Virus record (IMG/VR): IMGVR_UViG_3300034127_000005
Location: 1-64,000 of that record
Source: a virus
Lineage: Duplodnaviria; Caudoviricetes
Strand: one strand, 5' to 3'
DNA: 64,000 bases
Positions 1-8,938 of this stretch are shown in pieces; the stretch's first letter is position 1; the number at the start of each line of letters is the position of its first letter. Both the position numbers and the translations under genes were made by a program. The notes below the pieces were generated by a model that did not search any database, was not told the DNA's origin, and was given only the letters and a program-made list of their open reading frames with translations.

Positions 1-3
1 CGT

Positions 4-291
4 GTGGTAGAGTTGCAAAACATTCTCACTACACCAGATGCCAACAAATTCATGGTCGTGTGCGGTGATGAACACCCTATGCCGATCAACTTCGAAGCGA
101 CCGACCCTAAATGGCCTTGGACTAATGTCGAAGGTGCTACAAAATGGAATAGTGTCCAGTTCGCAAATGCGAATGCTTCCAAAGTGGTTAACGGTAATGC
201 ACAAGTGGGCAAGGCTGTACTAGTGGCGGATCATATCGAATGGGATATCGCCAACCTCGAAAAGCTTGTAAAAGATTTGAAAGCTGAATAA
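4..291 (+). CDS. hypothetical protein (probably 5'-truncated by window edge)
   Basis: ORF open from the window start, phage-like codon usage. Confidence 0.6.
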   Translation: MVELQNILTTPDANKFMVVCGDEHPMPINFEATDPKWPWTNVEGATKWNSVQFANANASKVVNGNAQVGKAVLVADHIEWDIANLEKLVKDLKAE

Positions 292-359
292 ATAAGTGTT
301 GTACAGGGAGCATTCTCTAAGGTAGAATGCTCTCACACCAACCAGAAAGAGTAATCCCT

Positions 360-485
360 ATGTTCTTCGTCCTGATGATCCAAGCCGCAAGCTACCTGTT
401 CATTGCAGCCCCATTCATTGGCGTAGCCGTAGGTGTTGCTACTCTAGTTTCTGACTACCGTTTCAACAAGTCGATAGGGCGTTAA
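360..485 (+). CDS. 41-aa membrane peptide (MFFVLMIQAASYLFIAAPFIGVAVGVATLVSDYRFNKSIGR)
   Basis: ATG..TAA read manually, below ORF-track cut-off; TTGTAC..TAGAAT promoter-like element at 299-328 upstream. Confidence 0.6.
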   Translation: MFFVLMIQAASYLFIAAPFIGVAVGVATLVSDYRFNKSIGR

Positions 486-487
486 TC

Positions 488-730
488 ATGAAAAAGATTC
501 AAACCTTCACTAACGCAAACCTTGAAGCTGTCAAGATTGCAAACATTTTCCAAACCACGCCACAGCCGGGGATGGAAGCAATACACGTGCCATCTTTCGA
601 AGTGAGCACCACAAGTGGCGGCGTCGATGTTGGTTGGAAGTTTGAAAGCTTTGCACAGTTGGAAGATGCACAGCAGTATGCTTTGCAGTTCATCATGCCT
701 AAAGGAATGATTTGTAAGATTGTCTCTTAG
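488..730 (+). CDS. hypothetical protein
   Basis: 80-aa ORF directly following the previous gene. Confidence 0.7.
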   Translation: MKKIQTFTNANLEAVKIANIFQTTPQPGMEAIHVPSFEVSTTSGGVDVGWKFESFAQLEDAQQYALQFIMPKGMICKIVS

Positions 731-812
731 ACCATCGTTTCAGCCTAAAATAAAACTTCCATTCGTTGTGTAGAGTCGATACAATGGCCCTACACACAAA
801 GGAGCTACACAA

Positions 813-908
813 ATGACTTTCACCGACTTGATTATCAATCTTTCGATTATCAGCTTGTCTGCATTCATCCTGATTACCATGTTCAATCTCGCCAAGGGTG
901 TGAAGTAA
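813..908 (+). CDS. 31-aa hydrophobic peptide
   Basis: AAGGAG RBS, MTFTDLIINLSIISLSAFILITMFNLAKGVK, TAATG overlap with next ORF. Confidence 0.6.
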   Translation: MTFTDLIINLSIISLSAFILITMFNLAKGVK

Positions 909-1054
909 TGAAAACTCTCAACTGCCTGACTTGGTTGAATTGCCGCAAGTGTGGTGCAATCAACTATGGTGCCAGTAAGCACAAACCCGTGTACGCAAAT
1001 GGTAAAGTGTGGTGCGGGCATTGCGGCGGCAATCTCAAAAAGGATAACAAATAA
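908..1054 (+). CDS. 48-aa zinc-ribbon protein
   Basis: CRKC...CGHC; TAATG-coupled on both sides. Confidence 0.65.
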   Translation: MKTLNCLTWLNCRKCGAINYGASKHKPVYANGKVWCGHCGGNLKKDNK

Positions 1055-1311
1055 TGTTCGCTCTCATTCTCTCACTCTGCATTAACGCCACGTCCTGCAA
1101 CGACTACATAATCGATAGTAGTCCTGTGGAGAAAGATTGCACACAGATGCTAGAGAGCTATGGTGACTCTTTTGCAGTGGCATGGGGCAGTGACTATGCT
1201 AATGATGATCTTCGCTTGTGGCTCAAGCCTTACAACATCATCGAACCTGTAGAGCGTGTGACAGACTACGACTTCACTTGCCCATTCATTCCAGAGAGCG
1301 ATATCCCGTGA
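1054..1311 (+). CDS. DUF1482/YebW-like small protein
   Basis: N-terminus MFALILSLC....C.D..ID......C pattern. Confidence 0.55.
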   Translation: MFALILSLCINATSCNDYIIDSSPVEKDCTQMLESYGDSFAVAWGSDYANDDLRLWLKPYNIIEPVERVTDYDFTCPFIPESDIP

Positions 1312-2110
1312 ACGAACAAAGCTTTACCAACAAAACAGCCGCTACCCTCTTTCGGGATCAAATGCGGCTAGCTGGGTTTAATGCATATTCAATACGTATT
1401 ACCCATGATTGTGTTCTAGTTCGCTTTTGGAAGGCTTAGCACGAAAGCGACAGCTTTCAGAGTGAATAATATCTGTAAGCTTCGCTTACGTCTTAGCACA
1501 GAACAAAGCGAAGCTTTAAGCACAAAACACAAGATTAAGAAAAGGGGTTTTTTCATTAATGAAAACCCCTGTAAAACCTCTCTAAAGGTACTCGAAATCA
1601 TAGCTTACGCTATGGAGCTACCCTAGCTAGGGCCAAGCCCTAAAACGTCTCCTATGGCCTTACAGGCCCCTTAGAATAAGGCTTTGAGCTATATCAGCCC
1701 ATAGCTGCCGCTATGCAAGAATAACCCTCAAAACATGATAAACCCCTTTCCCGCGCTGGCATGCAGTATGCAGGCTACCTGATACCCCTCTTGAGCTAAG
1801 CGAAAGCCTTTTTCTCTCTCAGTTTCTCATATGCGAAGCATTCCTAATACCCATATGTGGCATGAAGGGTGCATACATGTGTGCGTGTATCTCATATCTA
1901 CTATGTACCACTAGCGTAGCGTTCGCTACAGCAGTAGAGCAAAGGCATGCTACATAGCTTCACGTGTTGCTCACACGCTTCTCTATATATCATGCGACAC
2001 TATATCAGATTATGCATAACGCTCTATTCCGGGCCTCTTAGCGTAGGTAGTATGCACAATTATGCATACTCTCTGTGTGCTAGTTGTCCTGTGTGCGTGT
2101 GTTCATGCAT

Positions 2111-2126
2111 TGTTTCACGTGGAACA
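2111..2126. promoter_or_regulatory. parS: parS-type palindrome TGTTTCACGTGGAACA
   Basis: Matches the bacterial chromosomal parS consensus TGTTNCACGTGAAACA on the reverse strand (TGTTCCACGTGAAACA). Confidence 0.8.
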
Positions 2127-2287
2127 TTCGTGTGCGGTGGGTATGAATGAGGGTGTACGTGTGTGCTAGAGGCATTCTTTTATGCATGGTTCGTGCCAGC
2201 TTATTTCTCAAAAGATCGGCCAGCTATATGGCCCCCTTGCTTCTTGCTAAGTGCATATGAGTTCTGGTGGGTTTTCAGACAGGCATG

Positions 2288-2319
2288 AAAAAGCCCCCAA
2301 TGAAGGAGGCTTTATTTTT
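2288..2319. terminator. bidirectional intrinsic terminator
   Basis: AAAAGCCCCC-AATGAA-GGAGGCTTTATTTTT at the end of the - strand arm. Confidence 0.7.
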
Positions 2320-2333
2320 GGCGGGATTTGGTT

Positions 2334-2789
2334 TCACGTACAGAAAGAGTAGACTTCTGAAATTTCGGCGGTTGGGTTTTTGCGTTGGTATCTCCACATT
2401 TTATTGTAGAGTCTATCGTGTGCTAGTCCAACTATCTCAGGATGTTTCGCACGTACCCAAGCTCGAAGACCTCCCTCGACAATGTTCGCAGAGTTGTTCT
2501 GGTTATTCCCTGTCTTTGTCGTCCAACGAAGATTATCCTTGTGGTTGTTCATCTTGTTCCTGTCTTCATGGTCAACAAAGTCAAGACCCTCGGGCTGTTC
2601 GTGCCAAGCCATTGCCACCAGACGGTGGACACGCATAAGCTTACTCGAACCATCTTCAAATACAATCGTAGTATACTTATACGCAGGTTTCCCAGTCAAG
2701 CATTGTGCCTTCCATATCTGGCTCTGTTCATCCCATATCCTTCCATCTTCTGTTGCCCAGTACCTCGGGGCTATTGGTATTTGCCTCAC
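2334..2789 (-). CDS. HNH homing endonuclease (NUMOD4/HNH_3 type)
   Basis: VHRLVAMAW...VDHEDRNKMNNHKDNLRW motif. Confidence 0.9.
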   Translation of the reverse strand: MRQIPIAPRYWATEDGRIWDEQSQIWKAQCLTGKPAYKYTTIVFEDGSSKLMRVHRLVAMAWHEQPEGLDFVDHEDRNKMNNHKDNLRWTTKTGNNQNNSANIVEGGLRAWVRAKHPEIVGLAHDRLYNKMWRYQRKNPTAEISEVYSFCT

Positions 2790-3040
2790 GTATCCTCCTT
2801 TGGTAGTGTTAGCACTGTACGGTTACACTTCTGGCTTCTATACTCTCGTGTGCGAATGACAAGGCCATCCTCGATGAGCTTCCGTAGAATCGGAGTGCGA
2901 CTAAGGCTTGGCATATGTCGGCAGTTGACAGCCATCCCGTGAGGCTCACGCCTCGCTAGTTCAGCAAGCCACCACGCACGTTGCTCCTTTGGTGACAGCA
3001 TGAGTAATCTTGTGTCCCAAGTATCTGTCTCTGCTCTCAT
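2786..3040 (-). CDS. hypothetical protein
   Basis: ATGA-coupled ORF; start refined to MRAETD. Confidence 0.6.
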   Translation of the reverse strand: MRAETDTWDTRLLMLSPKEQRAWWLAELARREPHGMAVNCRHMPSLSRTPILRKLIEDGLVIRTREYRSQKCNRTVLTLPKEDT

Positions 3041-3327
3041 TGTCTCCCCCTCACTCTCGATAGTGCGTAGCTTAGACAATCATGTGGGAATGAGATGTCG
3101 AACATCACTTGTGTGAATTGAAGACCAGCAATTTTGTTCTGATCTTGGTATGTCTCCATCAACACCCAAGTGATTCTACTACCGTCGTCAAACTCCATCT
3201 GCATGTGTGGCTTCATACATTTCAGTAGGACATTCACATCAGCTCTTGCAGTGAAGCGTAGGATATCATCTTCCAGTGCCAGCATGTTACCAAACATTCT
3301 TGCTTCATGTTCTCTCATCATGACCAC
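3037..3327 (-). CDS. hypothetical protein
   Basis: ORF in coupled operon. Confidence 0.6.
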   Translation of the reverse strand: MVMMREHEARMFGNMLALEDDILRFTARADVNVLLKCMKPHMQMEFDDGSRITWVLMETYQDQNKIAGLQFTQVMFDISFPHDCLSYALSRVRGRQ

Positions 3328-3490
3328 CCTATCAGACTATCCACATCCCCATTCTCACGAATGTAGAACACAGGGTGGAACACTTCATTTGTCTCAACGA
3401 CGTTAACACAGAACTCTAATCCAACGTCGAAATAGGCTTCCATTGCGTCAAACTCATCAAGGTCTTCCAGAGTCTCTACGTCGTATTCTA

Positions 3491-3691
3491 TCATTGTGGT
3501 TTACCCAAGTTCAGTTGGATAGGTGCCATTTGGATATCCATACGATCAATCACCACTTGCAAAGCATTACGAATAGCATTCTCAACGAGAAGCTTTGTAG
3601 CTGTACGGTTGGCATCGCACATATAGATGGCGTGTTCTGCTCGATCTGCAATCTGTGCTATCTCTTGTGCTGTTGGCATTGGTAGCTTCAT
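3491..3691 (-). CDS. hypothetical protein
   Basis: AAGGAG RBS upstream. Confidence 0.65.
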   Translation of the reverse strand: MKLPMPTAQEIAQIADRAEHAIYMCDANRTATKLLVENAIRNALQVVIDRMDIQMAPIQLNLGKPQ

Positions 3692-3812
3692 ACTTTCACT
3701 CCTTTTATATACTGCGTCAGCAGAACTTTGTAGTCAATTATGGCTGTTGGATGTTTCGCCTTGAAGGCTTCCACATAAGCTGTCCACCCTGTAGTGCTAT
3801 CGCCCTTGTGCA

Positions 3813-4340
3813 TCAGAGTGCCTTCCATTCGAAGCATCCCGCACGTACAGCAGGGACATCTCCGCCACAGACACAGTTATCCCCCATACGGCAGTAGCCT
3901 TTAGGGCGAAGAGCGTAGGCAACACCCAACTCCACCACTTGATCAAATGTAGAGCAAGAGTCGTAAACAGCATCCATTGCTTCTTTAGCTTCCTTGAGGC
4001 CACAGCGAGCTTGTTCACGGATGTCTTTGATCATGTTTACCTTGTGCCCCATTGTACGTTGAGCTGCTTCAGTTCCTCTATAGACAGGGCGGGAGGCTTG
4101 TTGGTATTCGTAATACGAGTGACCACTATTATCCATTCCAGCAAAAGCAGGCAAAGGTTGGTTCTGACGTAGCCAGAGGATTGTGCGATAAGCCCTGAAG
4201 CCCACATCAGTACGTGTAAGCTCTTTCATGCACTGACAGCCACCATTTGTCACCATAGTGCCCGGTGCCTTGTAGGCGAAGATACAGCCACCATCAGAGC
4301 AGCCCATCATACCCGGAACATATTGTGCTTCATTCATCAT
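3813..4340 (-). CDS. Cys-rich hypothetical protein with a ribosomal L7/L12 CTD-like segment
   Basis: KVNMIKDIREQARCGLKEAKEAMD resembles the L7/L12 KI.VIK.VR..TGLGLKEAK motif. Confidence 0.6.
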   Translation of the reverse strand: MMNEAQYVPGMMGCSDGGCIFAYKAPGTMVTNGGCQCMKELTRTDVGFRAYRTILWLRQNQPLPAFAGMDNSGHSYYEYQQASRPVYRGTEAAQRTMGHKVNMIKDIREQARCGLKEAKEAMDAVYDSCSTFDQVVELGVAYALRPKGYCRMGDNCVCGGDVPAVRAGCFEWKAL

Positions 4341-4663
4341 AGACTCTCCATCACATTAAATTGATGTACAGCCGAGTGGTATTCAGCAACAGATAGTCCA
4401 TTGTCTACCCACCCGTCTTGGTAGAGTGAAACATCCGTGATATTTTCACGCACTTGAATGAAAAGCTCATCGTGAACACGTCTCACCCAGAACAACCCAT
4501 CCGGGTATTGCTCAAGGGTAAAGCCGTCTCGCAATAGTTGTTCTTTAGTAAGCATTGTGTTCCTCCGTTCCATCGATAGTAGAAATTGCAGGTAGCAACG
4601 ATCATGATAGTTTCGCACGTGCGTCAGGGCGAACTCAAGGGCTTCAATCTTAGTCATGATCAT
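4337..4663 (-). CDS. hypothetical protein
   Basis: ORF in coupled operon. Confidence 0.6.
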   Translation of the reverse strand: MIMTKIEALEFALTHVRNYHDRCYLQFLLSMERRNTMLTKEQLLRDGFTLEQYPDGLFWVRRVHDELFIQVRENITDVSLYQDGWVDNGLSVAEYHSAVHQFNVMESL

Positions 4664-4889
4664 CTCCTATAAAGCGTTTCATTGAGAGGCATTCTAGCAT
4701 AGGTTGGAACCATGTGCAACACTTCCCGCAGACATATGGATCGCCAACGCTAGGGCGGTTTCCGTTAGGATAGACCCATTGTTCAGCCGCTAGGGCGTCC
4801 CCGTACTTTGGTTCGGGTAGTGGGCAGCTATGTGCAAATGGTTCCTCACAGTGGCTACAATGCAGAGTCCATTCTGCGATGATAGTCAT
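4650..4889 (-). CDS. zinc-binding hypothetical protein
   Basis: CSHC...CGKC; start refined to MTIIAEW. Confidence 0.6.
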   Translation of the reverse strand: MTIIAEWTLHCSHCEEPFAHSCPLPEPKYGDALAAEQWVYPNGNRPSVGDPYVCGKCCTWFQPMLECLSMKRFIGDDHD

Positions 4890-5047
4890 AGCTCGTTGTA
4901 CGCGGCAACTAGGGTTACACCGCCAATAATCATCCCGCCGATGATAGGAGCGCCCCACATCTTAAGGTCGAGGGTAAAGCCGTAAAGGCCAAACCCAATC
5001 ATCGTCATAGCTGTAACGCATGCCATCAAAGTAATCACTACTTTCAT
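4886..5047 (-). CDS. small two-TM membrane protein
   Basis: two hydrophobic stretches, GGAGG RBS. Confidence 0.6.
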   Translation of the reverse strand: MKVVITLMACVTAMTMIGFGLYGFTLDLKMWGAPIIGGMIIGGVTLVAAYNEL

Positions 5048-5460
5048 TGTACACCTCCATATTGACATTGTAGTCGAGCTAGTTCAGCAAGATCGTGTTG
5101 ACGCTTACGTTCCGCAGCTCGTTGACTTTCCAGAAGATCAGACTCTGCCTTGCGAAGAGCCTTCGTATTCTTGTACTCCTTGGCGATAGCCTTAGCTCCG
5201 TCTGTGATGGATTCTAATAGAGTCCCATCTTCGAAGTAAAGGTCTTTCCCGTCTACGAGGACAGTTAGTTCCCAGAGCTGTACAGCATAGTCACCTTCAG
5301 CGTCAACATCCATCTTCAGGTACTCCGCATACATGTTTTGTAGGTGCGTAAGGTCTTCGGTAAACTTCATCCCAAAGTCACTTGAAGAGCTTCCCATATG
5401 GCAGCCTCGGCAGTAATCAGCACCATCTTCTCGGTATGCAACCAGTGTATAAGTGGTCAT
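5044..5460 (-). CDS. hypothetical protein
   Basis: 138-aa ORF with RBS. Confidence 0.7.
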   Translation of the reverse strand: MTTYTLVAYREDGADYCRGCHMGSSSSDFGMKFTEDLTHLQNMYAEYLKMDVDAEGDYAVQLWELTVLVDGKDLYFEDGTLLESITDGAKAIAKEYKNTKALRKAESDLLESQRAAERKRQHDLAELARLQCQYGGVQ

Positions 5461-5461
5461 C

Positions 5462-5683
5462 TCATTCTCCCCAATAACTTAGTTCTTCTTGGACAGCTTC
5501 CTGCGGTGTTGCATCCGTAGAGCTGCCATCATTGTTAGCACCTTCCCACAGGCTCTCTGCAAGCATATAAGCGGCTGTGTGTTCCAGTGTGCTATAGACG
5601 CCCAGCTCTACCAGATACTGTGTAGCCTGTGCAACCCATGCGTCCTTTTGTAGTGCGAGTAAATCGTCTCGTGTGAGGAACAT
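5462..5683 (-). CDS. hypothetical protein
   Basis: C-terminal TPQEAVQEELSYW. Confidence 0.7.
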   Translation of the reverse strand: MFLTRDDLLALQKDAWVAQATQYLVELGVYSTLEHTAAYMLAESLWEGANNDGSSTDATPQEAVQEELSYWGE

Positions 5684-6027
5684 TATGCACTCACATCAGC
5701 GTATGTCACGCTGTCATAAGAGAATTCGGAGAAGCCTGTAACAACAGGAACACGATTACCTTCAGAGTCAAGTGTGAAATAGTTTACGACATATTCCTCT
5801 GTGTACTCTGGCTGGTTCGCACCGAACATTGCCTCACGGGTGATGATGTGGATCACGCTCCATTGTGGCTGTGCTTCGTGTAGCTGTTTGAACATCGCCA
5901 CTTCATCCTCCACTACCTCTTCATCAGAGTTGAAGCTTGGGATTACGAAGTAGAAGTGTTTCAGTCGTGGAACGAAGGCGTCTCGCCCGTCCATGTTGTA
6001 CGGTGCGTCGAATAGAATATCAGTCAT
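5683..6027 (-). CDS. hypothetical protein
   Basis: AAGGAGG RBS. Confidence 0.7.
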   Translation of the reverse strand: MTDILFDAPYNMDGRDAFVPRLKHFYFVIPSFNSDEEVVEDEVAMFKQLHEAQPQWSVIHIITREAMFGANQPEYTEEYVVNYFTLDSEGNRVPVVTGFSEFSYDSVTYADVSA

Positions 6028-6038
6028 TTGAAACCTCC

Positions 6039-6281
6039 TTATGCAATGGTACAGCCGTTAGTTAGGAGACATTGTACCACGCCTACGATCATCGCAACAA
6101 GCGAAATAGTAAGACCTAGCATCCCAAGCCCCATGCCCCAATGAATCAGCACTTCACCGGGGTTATTCCAGAGGCGACCATCGAACACAGTCCAACCCAG
6201 TCCAACTAAAGCCACCACACACCCAATAAGCACAATCAAAAACGAAATACCCATTGCCATATCCATCAGAAGTTCCTCCAT
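6039..6281 (-). CDS. two-TM membrane protein
   Basis: hydrophobic helices. Confidence 0.7.
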   Translation of the reverse strand: MEELLMDMAMGISFLIVLIGCVVALVGLGWTVFDGRLWNNPGEVLIHWGMGLGMLGLTISLVAMIVGVVQCLLTNGCTIA

Positions 6282-6787
6282 TTAGCGTTACGCTCTTCGC
6301 GTTCTTTAGCCTCTAGCCATTTACGTTGCTCATACTCTACATCGATACTACCGAACAGAAGACACACGCCACCCCCCAAGAAGATGGCGCCAAATAGTAC
6401 ACCATTGAACATCAAAAGTCTGATCCACAGCGGAGTCTCTACACCTTTGTCATTCCTGTTCAGTGTGATGTAGGCAGCCATCGGCTGACGACCCTTGTCA
6501 ACGAAGCTGTGATAGAAGAAACCGTCAATCTCCCGGTTGTACATCTTACCATCTTCTTCCAGCTTGAATCGACCCATGAACTCTTCACAGCTCTTGTGCT
6601 TCCCGCACCCTTGCATGGTGCTGTAGGCTTGCTCAAGCGTTGCATTGTGCGAAGTGTCCTCAGTGTATGGGGCATCCAACTTAAAGCCTAGAGCACAGCC
6701 ACCGAACGTTACAATGCTGAACAACAGCCAAATCTTTACCAGATTGGCGAACTGCTCGGCTGGACTCTTACCCTCAAATTTAAACAT
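6266..6787 (-). CDS. membrane protein with periplasmic loop
   Basis: two TM segments flanking a soluble domain; AGGAGG RBS. Confidence 0.7.
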   Translation of the reverse strand: MFKFEGKSPAEQFANLVKIWLLFSIVTFGGCALGFKLDAPYTEDTSHNATLEQAYSTMQGCGKHKSCEEFMGRFKLEEDGKMYNREIDGFFYHSFVDKGRQPMAAYITLNRNDKGVETPLWIRLLMFNGVLFGAIFLGGGVCLLFGSIDVEYEQRKWLEAKEREERNAKWRNF

Positions 6788-6863
6788 ACTGCCTCCTATT
6801 GCTACTCACTGCGTTAGCTCACCACTGGTGAGAAATTTTATGCGACGGCCTTCGGCTACTACT

Positions 6864-6887
6864 AAAAAGCCCCTCCGAAGAGGGGCG
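6864..6887 (-). terminator. intrinsic terminator after terD
   Basis: GCCCCTC-TTCG-GAGGGGC-TTTT on - strand. Confidence 0.8.
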
Positions 6888-6892
6888 ATTCA

Positions 6893-7468
6893 TTACACGA
6901 AAGCTTTCATTACATCGTTTGGACCGGCAGTAGCTGCCTCGCCCATTGGTTGGAAACCCCAACCACCAGCAGCTTGACGCTTCAGAGTACCGACGTGGAG
7001 AGCAGTACCATTCACGAACTGTTGCAGCTTGTAGTCCTGAATCATCTTGCCGTCTTGGTCGTACAGAGTAAACGCACCGTTTGCGATCATGCTGAAGTCT
7101 TGTTTACGGACGTCTGCTTGGTGCAAGAAGACGAAGTGCTCGATGCTGTGGATGTGATCAGGAATCTTGCTGATTGTGGTCAGGATTTCTTCATCATCAT
7201 CACCTTCGCCAGTACGGTTATCACGAGGGTAAACTACAGCACCGTTGTAAGCCGACATATTGTTGAAGAACACTACATCGTTTGTGCTACCGAGTTTACC
7301 ATTTACGTCGAGGCAGAACACGAAGACGTCAAGGTCAAAGCCGAACTCTTGCGAAGCTCCGTGAACTGGATGGCAGTCCCAATTCAGCAGACCTTTCAGG
7401 ATGGTCAGTTGTGGGGCAGCTTTGGTCAGGTCCAACATCATAGTATTTTTGCTCAAGTTAAGCTCCAT
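6893..7468 (-). CDS. terD: TerD/TerZ-family stress protein
   Basis: FDLDVF, VVFFNN, DNRTGEGDDDEEI, W.F.P.G motifs; start refined to MELNLSK. Confidence 0.9.
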   Translation of the reverse strand: MELNLSKNTMMLDLTKAAPQLTILKGLLNWDCHPVHGASQEFGFDLDVFVFCLDVNGKLGSTNDVVFFNNMSAYNGAVVYPRDNRTGEGDDDEEILTTISKIPDHIHSIEHFVFLHQADVRKQDFSMIANGAFTLYDQDGKMIQDYKLQQFVNGTALHVGTLKRQAAGGWGFQPMGEAATAGPNDVMKAFV

Positions 7469-7527
7469 TTTCAAGTCCTCTTTAGTTTGTTTGTGTGGGG
7501 CCACAATGGCCCCTTTTCAAATGAGTG

Positions 7528-8202
7528 TCAAGCAGTCTTTTTGAATACTTTGTTAGCGTAAGCAGCAGCTACAACCATGCCACCACCAATCACTTTCGCC
7601 AGAATGTGGTTAACTTCACCAACATGTTGTACGAAGAATGGATCGCTTACCAGCATTTCAGCACCAACGACACCCAACATTGCAGCACCAATCCAGATAA
7701 TGATCTTGTACTTATCCATCAGACCAGACAGGTATTTCGCACCATATACGATAACTGGGATGCTCAGAGCGATACCAGCGATTGCGTAGAGAGTCGAATG
7801 CTCAGTACCAGAAGCAGCACCAGCAACAGCCATTACGTTGTCCAGCGAGAGCATGAAGTCAGCTACGATGATGGTCCATACAGCGCCCCAGATAGTGTCT
7901 TTCTGTGCTACTTCGTGTGGTTCATCGTGCCCAGTCAGGAGTGAGTAACCAATCCAGACAAGATACAGGCCAGCCACCAGCTTCAGGAACGGAACGCCCA
8001 AGAGGAACGTTGCGAAGACTAGCAGAACAGCTCGAAGAGCGATGGCACCAGCAGTACCCAGTAGGATTGCCTTACCACGTACACTTACAGCCAGAGTCGC
8101 ACATGCCAGAGCAATTACGATGGCGTTATCAAGGCCGAGAAGCAGATCGATCATCACGATCTTGAAGATTGCAGCCCAGTCCAACATTGCGAAAAATTCC
8201 AA
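7528..8202 (-). CDS. terC: TerC-family integral membrane protein
   Basis: IDLLLGLDNAIVIALA and ADFMLSLDNVMAVAGAA signatures; TTG start after AAAGGAGA; own TTGACA-17-TAAGAT promoter. Confidence 0.92.
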   Translation of the reverse strand: MEFFAMLDWAAIFKIVMIDLLLGLDNAIVIALACATLAVSVRGKAILLGTAGAIALRAVLLVFATFLLGVPFLKLVAGLYLVWIGYSLLTGHDEPHEVAQKDTIWGAVWTIIVADFMLSLDNVMAVAGAASGTEHSTLYAIAGIALSIPVIVYGAKYLSGLMDKYKIIIWIGAAMLGVVGAEMLVSDPFFVQHVGEVNHILAKVIGGGMVVAAAYANKVFKKTA

Positions 8203-8265
8203 TTGTGTTCTCCTTTGTTTGTTTGATGTGGCCATCTTACCGACTGGCCCTCTTCGTGTCAACGT

Positions 8266-8916
8266 TTATTTTACTGCGAAAGCTTTGAATTCTTCGTTCA
8301 ACAGCATTTCGTAGAACTTGTCCTGAGTCACTGCTTTCGGGTTCGAGATGTACAGCACTTCAACAGTGTCGTATTTGGCAGCGATCGTATCCAAGTAGCG
8401 AGTGTCACAGCCGTTGCCGATAGCTACGATCTGCACGAAGGTGTTCTCCAGAGAATCGAGCTGAGCTTCAAACTCTCGCTTATCGTTGTTGGCGCCATCA
8501 GTGATCAGGGCCAGATAAGTTGGAGTAGATGGTTTGGCAGCACCAAAACCAAAGAAACCTTTCTTGGTTGCAGACCCTTTCAAGCCCTTGATAGCATCAG
8601 CGAAACAAGTACCGCCACCCGCAGTGATGCGGTGCTTACGAACATAGATGCCGTGGTCGTCTACGGTTGCATCTGGTGTACGGTCGAAGCTGGTGTTGAA
8701 GAAGCCAACTTCCATCTTACCATCGTCATCGAATTTCATGGCAGCAGCCAAGAACAAGTCGATTGTGTCTTGTACCCAACCACAACGGAACTCATCATCC
8801 ATCGAGCCAGATTTATCAACCGCCAGCTTTACAGCCATGGTGATTGGGGTGAAGATGTTCGCTTTCACGAGATTCAGTTCCAGCGATTTAGTCAGGTCCA
8901 ACATTGCCATACCCAT
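8266..8916 (-). CDS. vWA-domain protein (TerF-type)
   Basis: MIDAS DKSGSM, GGT, ITDG motifs. Confidence 0.88.
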   Translation of the reverse strand: MGMAMLDLTKSLELNLVKANIFTPITMAVKLAVDKSGSMDDEFRCGWVQDTIDLFLAAAMKFDDDGKMEVGFFNTSFDRTPDATVDDHGIYVRKHRITAGGGTCFADAIKGLKGSATKKGFFGFGAAKPSTPTYLALITDGANNDKREFEAQLDSLENTFVQIVAIGNGCDTRYLDTIAAKYDTVEVLYISNPKAVTQDKFYEMLLNEEFKAFAVK

Positions 8917-8938
8917 ATATCCTCCTTTGGATTAAGTT

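Noticed and set aside
1947-2150. 67-aa ORF in the left non-coding region
   Set aside because: No RBS; composition reflects low-complexity DNA; overlaps parS.
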